From the NCBI RefSeq assembly GCF_003918875.1, contig NW_025767346.1, positions 1,178,001-1,242,000 of the forward strand: a DNA stretch of 64,000 nt, written 5' to 3'. This document shows positions 12,163 to 25,354 of this stretch, one piece after another. The notes beneath the pieces were generated by a model. The model saw nothing but the letters and a program-made list of their open reading frames with translations, was not told the origin of the DNA and did not search any database. The translations under genes and the position numbers were made by a program. The number at the start of each line of letters is the position of its first letter. Positions within the stretch are counted from its first letter, which is position 1. The stretch is from Haliotis rubra (taxonomy: Eukaryota).

Positions 12163-13144
12163 CCCGTGTAGGTCCGGGTTAGAATAAACCTTCCGTAACC
12201 CATGCTTTATCTTCCCCGTGAAGGTCCGGGTTAGAATGAACCTTCCGTAACCCATGCTTGTCTTCCCCATGAAGGTCCGGGTTAGAATGAACCTTCCGTA
12301 ACCCATGTTTTGTCTTCCCCGTGAAGGTCCGGGTTAGAATGAACCTTCCGTAACCCATGTTTTGTCTTCCCCGTGAAGGTCCGGGTTAGAATGAACCTTC
12401 CGTAACCCATGCTTGTCTTCCCCGTGAAGGTCCGGGTTAGAATGAACCTTCCGTAACCCATGTTTTGTCTTCCCCGTGAAGGTCCGGGTTAGAATGAACC
12501 TTCCGTAACCCATGCTTTATCTTCCCCGTGAAGGTCCGGGTTAGAATAAACCTTCCGTAACCCATGCTTTATCTTCCCCGTGAAGGTCCGGGTTAGAATG
12601 AACCTTCCGTAACCCATGCTTGTCTTCCCCGTGAAGGTCCGGGTTAGAATGAACCTTCCGTAACCTATGCTTTATCTTCCCCATGAAGGTCCGGGTTAGA
12701 ATGAACCTTCCGTAACCCATGCTTTGTCTTCCCCATGAAGGTCCGGGTTAGAATGAACCTTCCGTAACCCATGCTTTATCTTCCCCGTGAAGGTCCGGGT
12801 TAGAATAAACCTTCCGTAACCCATGCTTTATCTTCCCCGTGAAGGTCCGGGTTAGAATGAACCTTCCGTAACCCATGCTTTATCTTCCCCGTGAAGGTCC
12901 GGGTTAGAATAAACCTTCCGTAACCCATGCTTTATCTTCCCCGTGAAGGTCCGGGTTAGAATGAACCTTCCGTAACCCATGCTTGTCTTCCCCGTGAAGG
13001 TCCGGGTTAAAATGAACCTTCCGTAACCCATGTTTTGTCTTCCCCGTGAAGGTCCGGGTTAGAATGAACCTTCCGTAACCCATTCTTGTCTTACCCGTGA
13101 AGGTCCGGGTTAGAATGAACCTTCCGTAACCCATGCTTGTCTTC
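12163..13144 (+). repeat. About 19 tandem copies of a 51-52-bp unit equal to the 5' head of family B
   Basis: Unit CCCGTGAAGGTCCGGGTTAGAATGAACCTTCCGTAACCCATGCTT(T)(G/A)TCTTC; runs directly into a complete family B copy at 13145. Confidence 0.97.
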
Positions 13145-13388
13145 CCCGTTAAGGTCCGGGTTAGAATGAACCTTCAGTAACCTATGCTTGTCGTAAGAGG
13201 CGACTAACGGGATCGGGTGGTCAGACTCGCTGAATTGGTTGACACATGTCATCGGTTCCCACTTCCGCAGATCGATGCTCATGCTGTTGATCACTGAACT
13301 GTCTGGTCCAGACTCGATTATTTACAGACCGCGCCATATAGCTGGAATATTGCTGAGAGCGGCGTAAAACTAAACTCACTCCCTCACT
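13145..13388 (+). mobile_element. Family B retroposon, full length; shares one TSD with the upstream head array
   Basis: TSD CATTGAATCCCTTGCA at 12147-12162 and 13389-13404 encloses the array and the element. Confidence 0.95.
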
Positions 13389-13481
13389 CATTGAATCCCT
13401 TGCAGTTTAATTATTTCAAAATATACATAGCAGTCACAAATTGCAGCCACGTCAGAAATATTTCAGGTAAGTGACATTATG

Positions 13482-13616
13482 AGCACCGATTTACGTAGTT
13501 GGGATACGGGACATGTGTCAACCAAGTCAGCGAGCCTGACCACCCGATCCGGTCAGTCGCCTTTTACGACAAGCATGGGTTGGTGAAGAGCAATTCATAC
13601 CCGGATCTTCACGGGT
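13482..13616 (-). mobile_element. Family B, 5' half
   Basis: ...ACCCGGATCTTCACGGGT head on the minus strand with the TGTCAACCAAGTCAGCGAGCCTGACC body. Confidence 0.85.
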
Positions 13617-13797
13617 TCACACGTGGTAGAGTACTGAATGATCTCCCCCTGTGTAATGAAACCAAACTCGGGGCAGAGCATGAATTATTCAGCAGATGTA
13701 TGGATTTCTCCACGCAATGGTCAGTGTACCTGGCACAATTTGGCCGCAAGGTCATCGCCGAGAAACTGTGTTCGAGTTGTGGACCCTCTATCAGAAG

Positions 13798-13962
13798 GGT
13801 GGTGGGGTAGCCCAATAGTTAAAGCGTCCACCCATTACGCCGAAGACCCGGGTTCGATTTCCTACATGGGTACAATGTGTGAAGCCTATTTCTGGTGTCA
13901 CCCGCCGTGATATTGCGTGAATATTGCTCAAACTGGCGTAAAACCATACTCACTCACTCACT
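13798..13962 (+). mobile_element. Family A SINE
   Basis: GGTGGTGGGGTAGCCCAATAG...GGTTCGATTTCC...ACTCACTCACTCAC. Confidence 0.85.
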
Positions 13963-14796
13963 ATGAGAGACCTTAAAATGATATGTCGACTCTGCCTATA
14001 TACTCACGATCAGAATAAACGGATGTAGCCTCCACGTAATCCGTGATATAAACCAGTACATCATTTCTTTTAAACAGGATATATATTAACAAATATTGTC
14101 ACAGAATTTACATGCTAGTGGTCAGTTTGAATGATAAGTGTATTCAGGACAATCGTGTTCGACTTCCCGGCTGCAAATCCGTGTTCGATTCCAGCGTCGG
14201 TCGTGGCTTCATACCGTTTTAGGGAATGAGTATACACATGCCCTCATACGCTGTGATGTAATGCGAAGAATGTGGTGCGTGTTGCATGTCCAAAGATCAC
14301 TAGGAATTTACTTCCTCTTTCACACCGATGTAAAACACTCACTGACATAATCAAAAAGAAAGGATCTCCCGAAGAAACAGTCTTCCTATCCAGTGTGTTT
14401 CCACCTGTTATCGATGTTTGGCCATGTTATAAAGTGTGGTTCTCCTATGGGGTTTCAGACACTAACTTTCAGTAGGAAAATCACTCTTCGGTAATTGCTC
14501 GGGACCGTGATCAATGAGAATATTCACTTCGAGAATACTTTTTGATAGTGTTGTTTTGTCGACATAGGCTGTGCGTGTTTCTGAGACAGAACCTCCTTGC
14601 CTTTTGTAGTCACAAGAGATTGCTGCCCCAATGTAACTTTCCAAGATAGATAGAGGGGTCTGTGTTTCTGTTATCAAACCCGTCTTGTTTGACACCAGTG
14701 AAATATATCTCGACTTTATGGATCTCGGATGTCAAGTCGTTTAAGGTCCTAGAACTTGTCATACAAAGTTGCTCACCATAATCAGAAGCCTACGAG

Positions 14797-15018
14797 ACCC
14801 GTGGATATCCGGGTTAGAATTGGTCTTCAGCATCCATGCTTGTCGTAAGAACGGGATCGGGTATTCAGGCTCGCTGACTTAGTTGACACATGTCATCGTA
14901 TCCCAATTGTGTAGATTTTTGCTCAGGCTGTAGATCACTGGATTGTCTGGTGCTGACTCGATTATTTGCTGCCCGACGAATATAACTGGAATATTGACGT
15001 TAAACAACAAACAAACAA
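14797..15018 (+). mobile_element. Family B retroposon, diverged, (AAAC)n tail variant
   Basis: ACCCGTGGATATCCGGGTTAGAATTGGTCTTCAGC head, body and tail. Confidence 0.85.
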
Positions 15019-15519
15019 AAATCCCAAATCTTGTTCAGTACAAATATTATATCAAATATTGGGTACAGATTAATGCAAACGCAATATGCATTGCCACAGA
15101 CTGGATCAAGAAAGGCATTCATTCCCCGGGCTAAGTCTCCCAACCTAAGTTCTGCAATCGAATGCAATTAACATTGGAAAATATTTATTTTTACATGACA
15201 GGCAGTAATAGTGATAGTACCTTTCAAAATTGTCAAATTCCTTCCACGCACGGTAAATTTAGAGAGAATTTTCACTTCACAATTATTTCTGATTGTTTCA
15301 AAAAGTTGTTGTTTTCTCTGAGACCTTTCCCATTCTGAGAATCGTTTAGTATCACAGCCCTTAGTGACAGTCTTTATCATGTCTTTATCATGTCGAATGT
15401 ACTGAAATCGTAAATTCACATTCTTCTAAACGAACTGTTTTCACAAATGTACACTTTCCTATCAAAAGAGCTTTTATGCAATCCTACGAAATCTCAAGCA
15501 ACCTGAAGCAAGACGTAAA

Positions 15520-16440
15520 TATGGAAAGCAGTCCCAAAAATGTATAAATATGGTTCGCTATCTAAAGCTGTATGCATATAGAAATCTATGCAAAGCAATA
15601 TATAATGATGGAAAGCAATCCAAAGCAATAATTGAATATGGAAAACTATCCGAAGCTATATGCATTAGGAAATCTATCCATGTAATAATGGAAAGCAGCC
15701 CAGAGCAATATTTGAATATGGAAAACTATCCGAAGCCTTATGCATTAGGAAATCTATCCCTGTATTGATGGAAAGCAATCCAGAGCAATATTTGGATATC
15801 GAAAACTATCCGAAGCTATATCCATTAGGAAATCTATTCATGTAATAATGGAAAGCAGCCCAGAGCAATATTTGAATATGGAAACCTATCCGAAGCCTTA
15901 TGCATTAGGAAATCTATCCCTGTAATGATGGAAAGCAATCCAGAGCAATATTTGGATATGGAAAACTATCCGAAGCTATATGCATTAGGAAATCTATCCA
16001 TGTAATAATGGAAAGCAATCCAGAGCAATATTTGGATATGGAAAACTATCCGAAGCTATATGCATTAGGAAATCTATCCATGTAACAATGGAAAGCAGCC
16101 CAGAGCAATATATTAAATTGAATTCAAAGCAATAAATATTGATGGAAAGCAATCCAAAGCAATATATAAAATGAAAGCAATCCAATTCAGTAATATTTAA
16201 TGATGGAAGGAATTCCAAAGCAACATAAGTGGTAATAAAAAGCAACTCAAAGCAATATATACAACGTAATTCAAAGCCATATATAGTGATGGAAAGCTAT
16301 CTAAATCAATATATGATATGGAATGCAATACGAAACAATATATAAAATGGAAGCAATTCAAAGCAATCTATAAGTATACAAAGCAAAACACAAAACAATA
16401 TATGAATTTGGAAGCAGTCGAAAGCACCATATTTGGTAGC
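15520..16440. repeat. 80-bp satellite (about 6 homogeneous copies, 15608-16110) inside an older degenerate ~27-30-bp ATGGAAAGCAATCCAAAGCAATAT array
   Basis: ATGGAAAACTATCCGAAGC recurs at 15638, 15718 and onward at 80-bp spacing. Confidence 0.9.
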
Positions 16441-17478
16441 AATCTAGCGCAGCCCTACACAATCCACATTTAGAATTATTTATAGGGAAAATCATTTCGC
16501 TTTTTGACGTTAAAGGTATTTGGACTTCTCTTGAAATATGCTCGTAGTTAATATCCACGTTGTACTTTCCACGTTCGGAAAATAAAACCTTTTCTCTTGG
16601 TGCATGCTGGACAACCCATTCACCGGCGATAAATCAATGATTGATTTCCGGCACTAATTACTGACCAATAGAGCATGTCATGGACCTCTTCAGTGGCTAA
16701 ATAATTAATTCTATTTCCTAAACCCAGCGTGTCCATCACCGCTGTTCTAGCAAGACCGGCATCAGTTGACCCAGAAGTTGAACGTCTGTCTTTAGGAAAA
16801 TAGTCTTTTTAATATTTCCTCTGCACGGATAAAACATGTAAATCTGTCCCAGCATGCACAGCCACGGTAATGTTTTCCTAACGTATTGGCCGATGAATTA
16901 GTATGTCCTGAGCTCAGACAAGATTATATGGACAAAGGCTCCAGAAAACGAGTTATTCTGTGCCATTATTTAAATATTACTTTCCTCACGGCGTATTTTG
17001 CTTGACCGGTGATATGAGCCGTCTGTGGAGAAGCACGAAAGAACAGCTGTAGTATGCTTAATCATGACATTTGCTCATTGAAGCTTCCCGTTCCTATGAT
17101 CTTAGCCCATATCATGGCTTGGTCATCTTTTTAAGGTATTGGCACAGGAGAGAGAGCATCTTCTCTGTGAGGCAAAACATTTTAAGCCCCTCTAATACCT
17201 GGATAGGTTGCAAGTACGTTTACATGTCCAGACGCGTATACGAGTTGTTGTTTTTTTATATTTTGTTTGTTTGGATTTGTTGTTTCTTTTGGTTTTTTGG
17301 GGGTTTTTTGGGGGGTTGTTGTTGTTGTTGTTGGGGGTGGGGTAGTTTAAAGAATCAGATAGAGTTTTGTGTTGAAAGGGAATGTTACCTATCTTTGAGA
17401 TTCATTTCGAAAATAATTTCAGGCTTTACCAAATTATATTAATTTAGCTCAGCATTTCAGTTCAATTTATGAATTGAG

Positions 17479-17780
17479 AGTGAGTGAGTTGGGTTTTACC
17501 CCGCTTAGAGCCTTATTCCAGCAATATCACGGCGGGGGACACCGCAAATGGGCTTCCATGTGGGGAAGGGAACCCGGGTCTTCAGCGTGACGAGCCAACG
17601 CTTTAACCACTACGCTACCCCACCGCCCCTGCAGCACTCAGCAATATTCCAGCTATATGGCGGCGGTCTGTAAATAATCGAGTGATCAACAGCATGCGCA
17701 TCGATCTACGCAATTGGGAGCCGATGGCATGTGTCAACCAAGTCAGCGAGCCTGACCGTTAGTCGCCTTTTACGGCAAGC
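17479..17780 (-). mobile_element. Family A SINE (17479-17628) abutting a deleted family B copy (17632-17780)
   Basis: Both consensus sequences recognisable on the minus strand. Confidence 0.85.
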
Positions 17781-18398
17781 ATGTGTTGCTGAAGATCAAC
17801 GTTGCACCAAACTCACTCAATGTTTCATACGCTTTTGCAGCGGGCAGGAGTTGAGACGTTGACCGTTAAATCGGATCCATTACCGGACAATTAGAGCAAA
17901 AAGACATATAAGTACTCTACCAGTTATGGTTGCCTATTGATTCATCATAGTACTAAAGGTTTTCTTTTAAATTAATCGAGGCCATGGAATGGCAGGCTTT
18001 TCAGAGGCCTTCATCCTTAAACCGGTCATGGATGAGTTAACGTGGCGTACCAGGATCTCCATCGAAGCATGTCCAAATTCCATTATTTTACACCCATTGT
18101 TCTGGATAATAGGACCATGGGTTTGCTAACTACCCAGAGAAAACTACCGCCTTAGGAGTTACGTCCCTTAACCGTGACAGGATTCAGCACAAAATATCAG
18201 GATTGTTGCAATAAATGTTGCATTGTGGTATTTTGTATCAATGGATTACTTTGATTATTGTTGTGTTACAGTTACATTGGACACTTGGGTCAATGGTCTG
18301 ACCTTTGGAAGCTTGGTTAGATTAAGAATCTCAAGTTCTTGTTAAATAGCAGCAAACATTAGTTAAGAGCACGACAACCACTTTCCCATGTTCTTGAA

Positions 18399-18557
18399 TG
18401 AGTGAGTAAGGTTTTACGCCGCTTTCAGCAATATTCCAGCGATATCACGGCAAGGGACACCAGAAATGGGCTTTACACATTGTACCCATTTGGGGAATCG
18501 AACCCGGACCTTCACCCTGACGAGCGAACGCTTTAACCACTAGACCACCCCCACCGC
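18399..18557 (-). mobile_element. Family A SINE
   Basis: GGGGAATCGAACCCGG and CGCTTTAACCACTAG; flanks share CCATGTTCT. Confidence 0.85.
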
Positions 18558-19329
18558 TCCTCCATGTTCTGACCCCCCCTCCCCCCTGATGTCTTCCCGT
18601 TTTGAATCCAGAAGTCATCACCCAAATTGTCAAAATATGTCATAGCATTTGGTTCGGTTGAGGTGCGTCCCCTTACCGTGTCAGGATATTCTTTCTCGGA
18701 TCCTAATCTTAAATTATGATCCTTGGTCTACAAAAAAAAGTACAGCTTTTGTGGACTCTTTTGACCAAAACGCCAACGTTGACAATAAAGGCATTATTCT
18801 GCAGCAACATCTCGAATATTTATCTTTTCACGATTTTATGGCCAAAGCACCGTCTTAGTTTACAGGGTGGCACTGTAATTCAAAACTATGATAAATCTGC
18901 GTTTCGTCGCCTTAACAGACAAAATACGATTCCATTCGGAATATGAGGAAGATGAGAGCTTGGCTTCCAGCTCCTATCTATCATATTCCTTGTCACCAAA
19001 ATCGATGGTCATATTGTATTCGTGCTGGCATATAACCAGCTACCACAATAGGCAGTGGTATCTTTAGACTGTCTCTGTCGCGCGTTACTGGAACCATATT
19101 TATGTGTCTTTTCATTGATCGACGGTGCTCGTCTGAAGACAAGGCTATTACCTGCCTTTGTTTGCCCATTTAGACGGTTCTGTTACGCTATATTTCTTAC
19201 TTAGTTTCGTTATTATGAAAGATATTATGATGTATGGTTGGTGGTTAGTGGGAATCAGGTTGTCTTTGGTATTCTGAATCAGTGCAACGATATTTTTTCC
19301 ATAACGGAGTTGAACGTATTGAGTACATT

Positions 19330-20230
19330 TGTCTGAATATGTGGTGTGTTGTGTAAGGTTTTGGTATATTCTGGTCTGTCCTGTTAAATATTGGAATCTT
19401 TTGTAACATTAAATTGTATTGTGTAATGTTGTGTTATACATTGGTCTATTCTGTTAAATATTGGCCTGTTATGTTACATTGTAATTTGTTGTGTTTCGTT
19501 ATGTTATGTTTTGTTACATCGAGGTATGTTGTGTTGTATTGTAGATTGTTGTGTTACATTGTGTTCTCTTGTGTTACATCAAGATCTGTTGTGTTATATT
19601 GTGGTTGGATGTGTTACATTGTCGTGTCTTGTGTTATATTGTTGTTACATTGTGTCCTGTTGTGTTGCATCAAAATCTGCTGTGTTATAGTGTGGTCGGT
19701 TGTGTTCCATCGTGGTCGGTTGTGTTACATTGTTGTGTCTTGTGTTACATTGTGGATTGTTGTGTTGCATTGTTTCTTTTGTGGTAGATCAGGGTCTGCT
19801 GTGTTACATCGTCGTCTCTTGTGTTATATTATGGCCTGTGGTCTTATATCGAAGTCTGCTGTGTTACATTCTGTTACACTCTGGTTTTCCAATTAAAGAT
19901 TGACCAGTTATGTTACATTATGGTCTGTTATGTTACATTATGGTCTGTTATGATACATTATGGTCTGTTATGTTACATTATGGTCTGTTGTGATACATTA
20001 TGGTCTGTTATGATACATTATGATATGTTCTGTTACATTATGGTCTGTTATGATACTTTATGATCTGTTCTGTTACATTATGGTCTGTTATGATACTTTA
20101 TGATCTGTTGTGTTACATTATGGTCTGTTATGATACATTATGATCTGTTATGGCACATCGTGGTCTGGTCTATTACATCTGCTGGATTGTATTGTAGTTT
20201 GACATGTTATATTGTGATGGGTTGTGTTGC
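19330..20230. repeat. 20-bp minisatellite TGGTCTGTTATG(T/A)TACATTA; homogeneous core about 19910-20160, degenerate flanks
   Basis: Exact 20-bp periodicity visible in the sequence lines. Confidence 0.92.
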
Positions 20231-21563
20231 GCCCTTGCTTGTTGTGCTGCTTCGATAGATCTTATGGTACATTGTAACCTTACATTGTGCGCTGTAGTCC
20301 GGTTTACTGTATTTGGTTCCTGAAAAATCTAAACGTTCCCAAGCAAATTAGAGGTTCCAGAAAAGTCAGGAAGGTTTCCGAAAGCACTAGTTGGTTGTTT
20401 TTACAGCTGTTAGTTTAGTACCAATTCCAACAGAATCTATCTGACATACATCACAACGCAGGACAACAAAATGGAACAAACTATTCCTCCTTGCGGATGA
20501 ATATAAAAAGCAGTCGTGGAATTTCGTCCTTCAATGACAAACGATCTGACGAGGCCATGGCGTAGGCAGCCTCAAGGTTAAGGTGTTCGCACACCACGCC
20601 TAGAAGGAAGTTCGTTTCCCAGCATGGTCACGTAAGACGTCAGTTCACCTGACGTGGTGATCTTCTGACGGCGTAAATATACATTCACGAAGTGATTTTA
20701 CAGAGTTTTCAAATATTGTTACATGTTTTTTTGTGACTGTTAGTGAAATAATTATGTTGTCCATTATCATCGAAAGGAAAAGATATACAATAGGTTTAAA
20801 TGCATCTGAAATACTTGTTTGAAAGCAAACTAATGCCTCCCTGACAACATTCAATATATATATATGTGCACACACAGCCTCACACAACACAAGGTATCTA
20901 CATTGAATAAAAATATCTTTCCACTACACACCTTTGTGAAGACAGCTTCAAAACATGTTTCTGGAGCCATTACAGAGTTGTAATATGTGTGACGCACAAA
21001 AAGATTTTTTGTTCCACCTAACGATTCAGCTACCTTTACAAACCGCCTGTCTCTAGCCTGTATTCGATTACCAAAACATGTCCTTTAAGAGATTTTTAAA
21101 TATAACGAGTACAGGATACGTTGCATCCCCTCTCAGGAGTTCACCTTAAAACTAACACGGGGATGTTTAACTACTAATGCTTATCGACTTTGGTGATTAT
21201 TTAGTTTAGTCTTAGCGCTGATATTGGTATTATGTTCTTAGTGTCGGAGTGTGAACTAATGTATTTTGCCCGAAGATGTCTTTTTCTTTAAAAGAGGTTT
21301 TAATGAAACAATATTTTTTTTGCAAAAGACATGACAGTGTGACGTTTCTTTGACAATGTCTGTTACTTAGTGTCAATGCCTCGAAACACGGGAGTATTAG
21401 TTGTGATAAAAACGTTAAGATTTGGGTGGCCTTGAACTGTCAGGTTGAAACGTCGCCATTGTCTCAGATGAATAATTGCTTAAACACTTTCAATCCTTAC
21501 CAGTTTTGTCCTTTTGTTATCAACATATAACTATGGATGATCAACATGTAACTCTGAAACGTT

Positions 21564-21733
21564 AGGGGCGGTGGGGCAGCCTAGTGGTTAAAGCGTTGGT
21601 TCGTCACGCCGAAGACCCGGGTTCCATTCCCCACATGGGCACAATGTGTGAAGCCCATTTCTGGTGTCCCCCGCCGTGATATTGCTGGAATATTGCTAAA
21701 AGCGGCGTAAAACCAAACTCAATCACTCACTGA
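21564..21733 (+). mobile_element. Family A SINE, young
   Basis: Full consensus; TSD CTGAAACGTT. Confidence 0.92.
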
Positions 21734-21923
21734 CTGAAACGTTTGGCTTGAATCGAATGTTTTTCAAATTGTATGTGTATCTAGTTACTACCATTAGCTG
21801 TACCAGGATCCGGTGATTGGACACCAGATTCTACTAGATTATTGCTCTAGTGTCTCAGCATTCCCGTAAGTTTAATTGAAGTGGTATTGTAACCTGCATC
21901 ACTTTGGGCTTTTCTTCCTCGTT

Positions 21924-22092
21924 AGGGACGGTGGGGTAGCCTAGTGGTTAAAGCGTTGGCTCGTCACGCCGAAGACCCGGGTTCGAATCCCCACATCAGT
22001 ACAACGTGTGAAGCCCATTTCTGGTGTCCCCCGCCGTGATGTTGCTGGAATATTGCTAAAGAGCGGCGTAAAACCAAACTCAGTCAGTCAGT
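21924..22092 (+). mobile_element. Family A SINE, young
   Basis: Full consensus; TSD TCTT(C/A)CTCGTTA. Confidence 0.92.
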
Positions 22093-22364
22093 CTTACTCG
22101 TTAAGCTACCATTGTGAAAACAAAAATCAGTTACAAACGGCCTTAAAATATAGAACGTCATTGCAGAGGAAAACCCAGCCATGACTATCTTCAGATAGAA
22201 ATTCCTCTTGATGTAAAGGGAAAATGGTGGTGAAAATATATGTACTCTGAATAATTGAGAATCAGTAATGACACCAGGTGAAGCTCAGATCACTCACTCA
22301 TCCACTGCTTTTCTTTGAACGTCGCATCATTTCGACAGCATTAATTAATCTTCTTCCTGTCTAT

Positions 22365-22582
22365 CCCGTGAAGATACCCTTTAGAATTGGTCTTCAGCAA
22401 CCCATGCTAGTCGTAAGAGGCGAGTAACAGGATCGGGTGGTCAGGCTCGCCGACTTGGTTGATATATGTCATCGTATCCCAACTGCGTATATCAGTGGAT
22501 TGTCTGGTCCAGACTCGATTATTTACAGACTGACGTTAATAGCTGGTATTGCTGATTGCGGCGTTTAACAACAAACCAACAA
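22365..22582 (+). mobile_element. Family B retroposon
   Basis: Starts CCCGTGAAGAT; TSD CTTC(C/G)TGTCTAT at 22353-22364 and 22583-22594. Confidence 0.88.
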
Positions 22583-23502
22583 CTTCGTGTCTATATATTT
22601 TAAGTTCGATTTTTACGGATCCACTATGTTGAATTATAATAAAACAGAATAAGATTTATCCTTCTTAACGCCAGGCTGCCAATCAAAGGATACTGGCGCG
22701 CCCAAGGGACGCAACTCCGGAAAGCCGTGCTACCACAATCTGATTGACTTTCCCTGCTAACGGAGTCCATTTAGATGGTATTAAACGTGTACTGGATAGT
22801 GTGCATCAAATACGTATAATGATCTTTCTATTGCTAAAAGCAAATTAATTATGTTTATTGCTTAACCAGAAACATATGTCTCATTTGGAAATCTGGATTA
22901 TGTTATGATAATCCCCGTAAAGGAAATAAATTTCATTTTTGTTAATAAACTTGCACAGAAAACCACAGCAAATGTTGAGGTTGTTTGGGTCAATAATCAA
23001 AAGTACGTATTTCATTGTTCATTACGATGTAATTTAGTGCATAGTTACGTTGAGTGTATTTGAGGTAATATATTTGAAACGAAGGAGACGATGATATGAT
23101 TATATTGTTTACTTCAGATATAACATTTTTGCACACGTGAAAAAACTTAGGTTACGGAATTAAACGTTTGTTTGTTCCCAACTTTTCGTTACATCTCGTT
23201 GCTAATTATCCATAAACACATGCTCATAATGTCAACAGAACCCAACAATAGGCCGAATGTACAGCGGGTTTTTCAGATGATTATGATCATTATTACCTAT
23301 ATTCTACATATATATATATATTGCTAGTTTGCTTTATATGAAGAATATGTTGCATTATTGAAATACTGTTAACACAGGCGTTTCTGCTTATGTTCCGCGA
23401 AGGACTGGGGTTCAGTGGTCCAAGGTGCCGCAATTCGCTTTGGAGACTTGCATTCCTTGGCCGGGCAGGTACCTATTGTTGTTGGTTCGGTTCCTGGTTA
23501 GA

Positions 23503-23810
23503 TGGACCTCCCCGAGGAAGGTATGGTGAGGCGTCCGGGACTCGAGCTGTTTAATATTGATGCCACCATGTTGGATCATCATCAGGAGGATCATCATCAC
23601 TTGTTAATATGGCGGAGATAGTTGAAATCCTTGTGCGCATCCGTGAACATGTGGTACAGTAATCTGGATAGTCTGTTGGAAGATGGCTCATAGTGATTTT
23701 GTCACTATTTTTAGGGCATATACTCCTGAATATCTCAGTTTGTTATTGGCTGCCAAGTGATTAAGAACATGGGATTATTAGAATGGCATGAATTCCATTG
23801 GAGCTGCTTT
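23503..23810. repeat. Unclassified dispersed repeat; second copy at 29765-30080
   Basis: Shared GGACCTCCCCGAGGAA..., TGTTTAATATTGATGCCACCATG, AACATGTGGTACAG, AGTCTGTTGGAAG and TGATTTTGTCAC. Confidence 0.8.
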
Positions 23811-23818
23811 TCTAGCAT

Positions 23819-23992
23819 GGGCAGTGTGGTGGCCTGGTGGTTAAAGCGTTCGTTCGTCACGTCGAAGACCTGGGTTCGATTCCCCACAAGGGTACAATGT
23901 GCGAAGGGCATTTCTGGTGTCTCCCGCCATGATAATGCTGGAATGCTGTTACGAACGGCGTTAAACCAAACTCACTCACTCACTCACTCACT
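23819..23992 (+). mobile_element. Family A SINE
   Basis: GTGGTTAAAGCGTTCG...GGGTTCGATTCCCC...(ACTC)n. Confidence 0.85.
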
Positions 23993-24566
23993 CGGAATCA
24001 TAATTATAGAAATTTTTCGAATGATGATATAACTCAGAATATATTTTAGTATTGCATTGGAAGGATTGTTTGTTTGCGTCAGCGAAATAATCACCTTGTT
24101 TATACGACCGCAAGCATGTGTTGTCAGGTTTGAATGTATTTCATGTGACACATGTTATCACCATGAACTGATTCAAAGGACGCTCGGTTTAACAGCGATC
24201 CTCTAAACATCAATGTCGTGTCTACGTTCCCATCATCACCGACATCTGTGCATCGCTCCAAGGCTGTGTCCACAGGTTCTGCGTATATTGGGTAATTCGA
24301 CGATCCAAAAACTTGTAATCAGGTTATATCTCATTTCAAATTAGTTCTTCTCGAATTTCTTTTTTCTGAGGGGCTCATCTAAGTTAAGATGTGTTATAAA
24401 ATGCGTGAATGTCCCCAGGGTCGTCTTAAATGCAGATAGTCTGAAATAATTGAATAATTGTGTTCAGCTTGACAATGGGAAACGATGTAGGAGATCATTG
24501 TTTTGTTCTTGAACTGTCCTTGAATTTGTCTTTGCTACTTCTATAGTGTTTGTATTGCCCCTGTAA

Positions 24567-25354
24567 TTATTCCCCGCAACACGTTTTGCAGGGGTATCAA
24601 AATGGACTCCGTCCGTCCGTCCGTCTGTGCGTGCAAATTCGTCTTCTCCATAGCGGAACACAAAAACCGCTCAAAATTACTTCATTAAATTTGGCACATA
24701 GGTAGGTCTGTTGTGAGCTGGTGCTTTTTGATTTACGAATAAAATATGTTTTGCGTTTCCATGGCTACAAGTTTGACTTCGACTGAAATTGGTGTTGGTG
24801 CTTTTTTCCGGAGCAGAACATTCAACCCATTTATTATTTCTTCACCAAACTTGGCACATAGATAGGTCTGGCTGTGAATTGGTGCATTTTCTCAGTTTTG
24901 GATTTCTGAATAATGTTTTGGGTTTTTTGGCGTTGCCATGGCCTATTGACATTATCTGAAATTGGTGGTAGTGCTCTCTTCCTGTGCAGAACTTTAAAAC
25001 CGTTCAATGTTTCTTCACCACATTTTGCACATAGATAGTTCTGCGGATGAAATGGGTTTTCGTTATTTTTGAATAAAATATGTTTTGCATTTCCATGCAA
25101 CAAGCTTTTTCTGTGACTGAAGTTGATGGTAGTGCCCCTTTCGGGATCAGAACTTAAAAACCTTTCAATACTCTCTTTCCAGTTTGCGGGTATCCAAGAA
25201 CCTAATGACATAAATCAACCTTACCACTCTATTTCCAGTATCAACATTACTGAGGTACATTAAACCATACATTTGACACAGTCTTATCTAGTTGACACAT
25301 TCATGGAGAGTATTTTACCAATGCGGGCCATATTGATGACCGTGTCTTCTTGTT
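24567..25354 (+). mobile_element. DINE-1/Helentron-like non-autonomous element with three internal ~165-bp core repeats
   Basis: 5' inverted repeat CCCCGCAA..TTGCAGGGG; (GTCC)n microsatellite at about 24608-24625; repeats AAA(T/C)TTGGCACATAG at 24687, 24847 and about 25020; 3' end GCGGGCCATATTGATGACCGTGTCTTCTTGTT. Confidence 0.75.
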
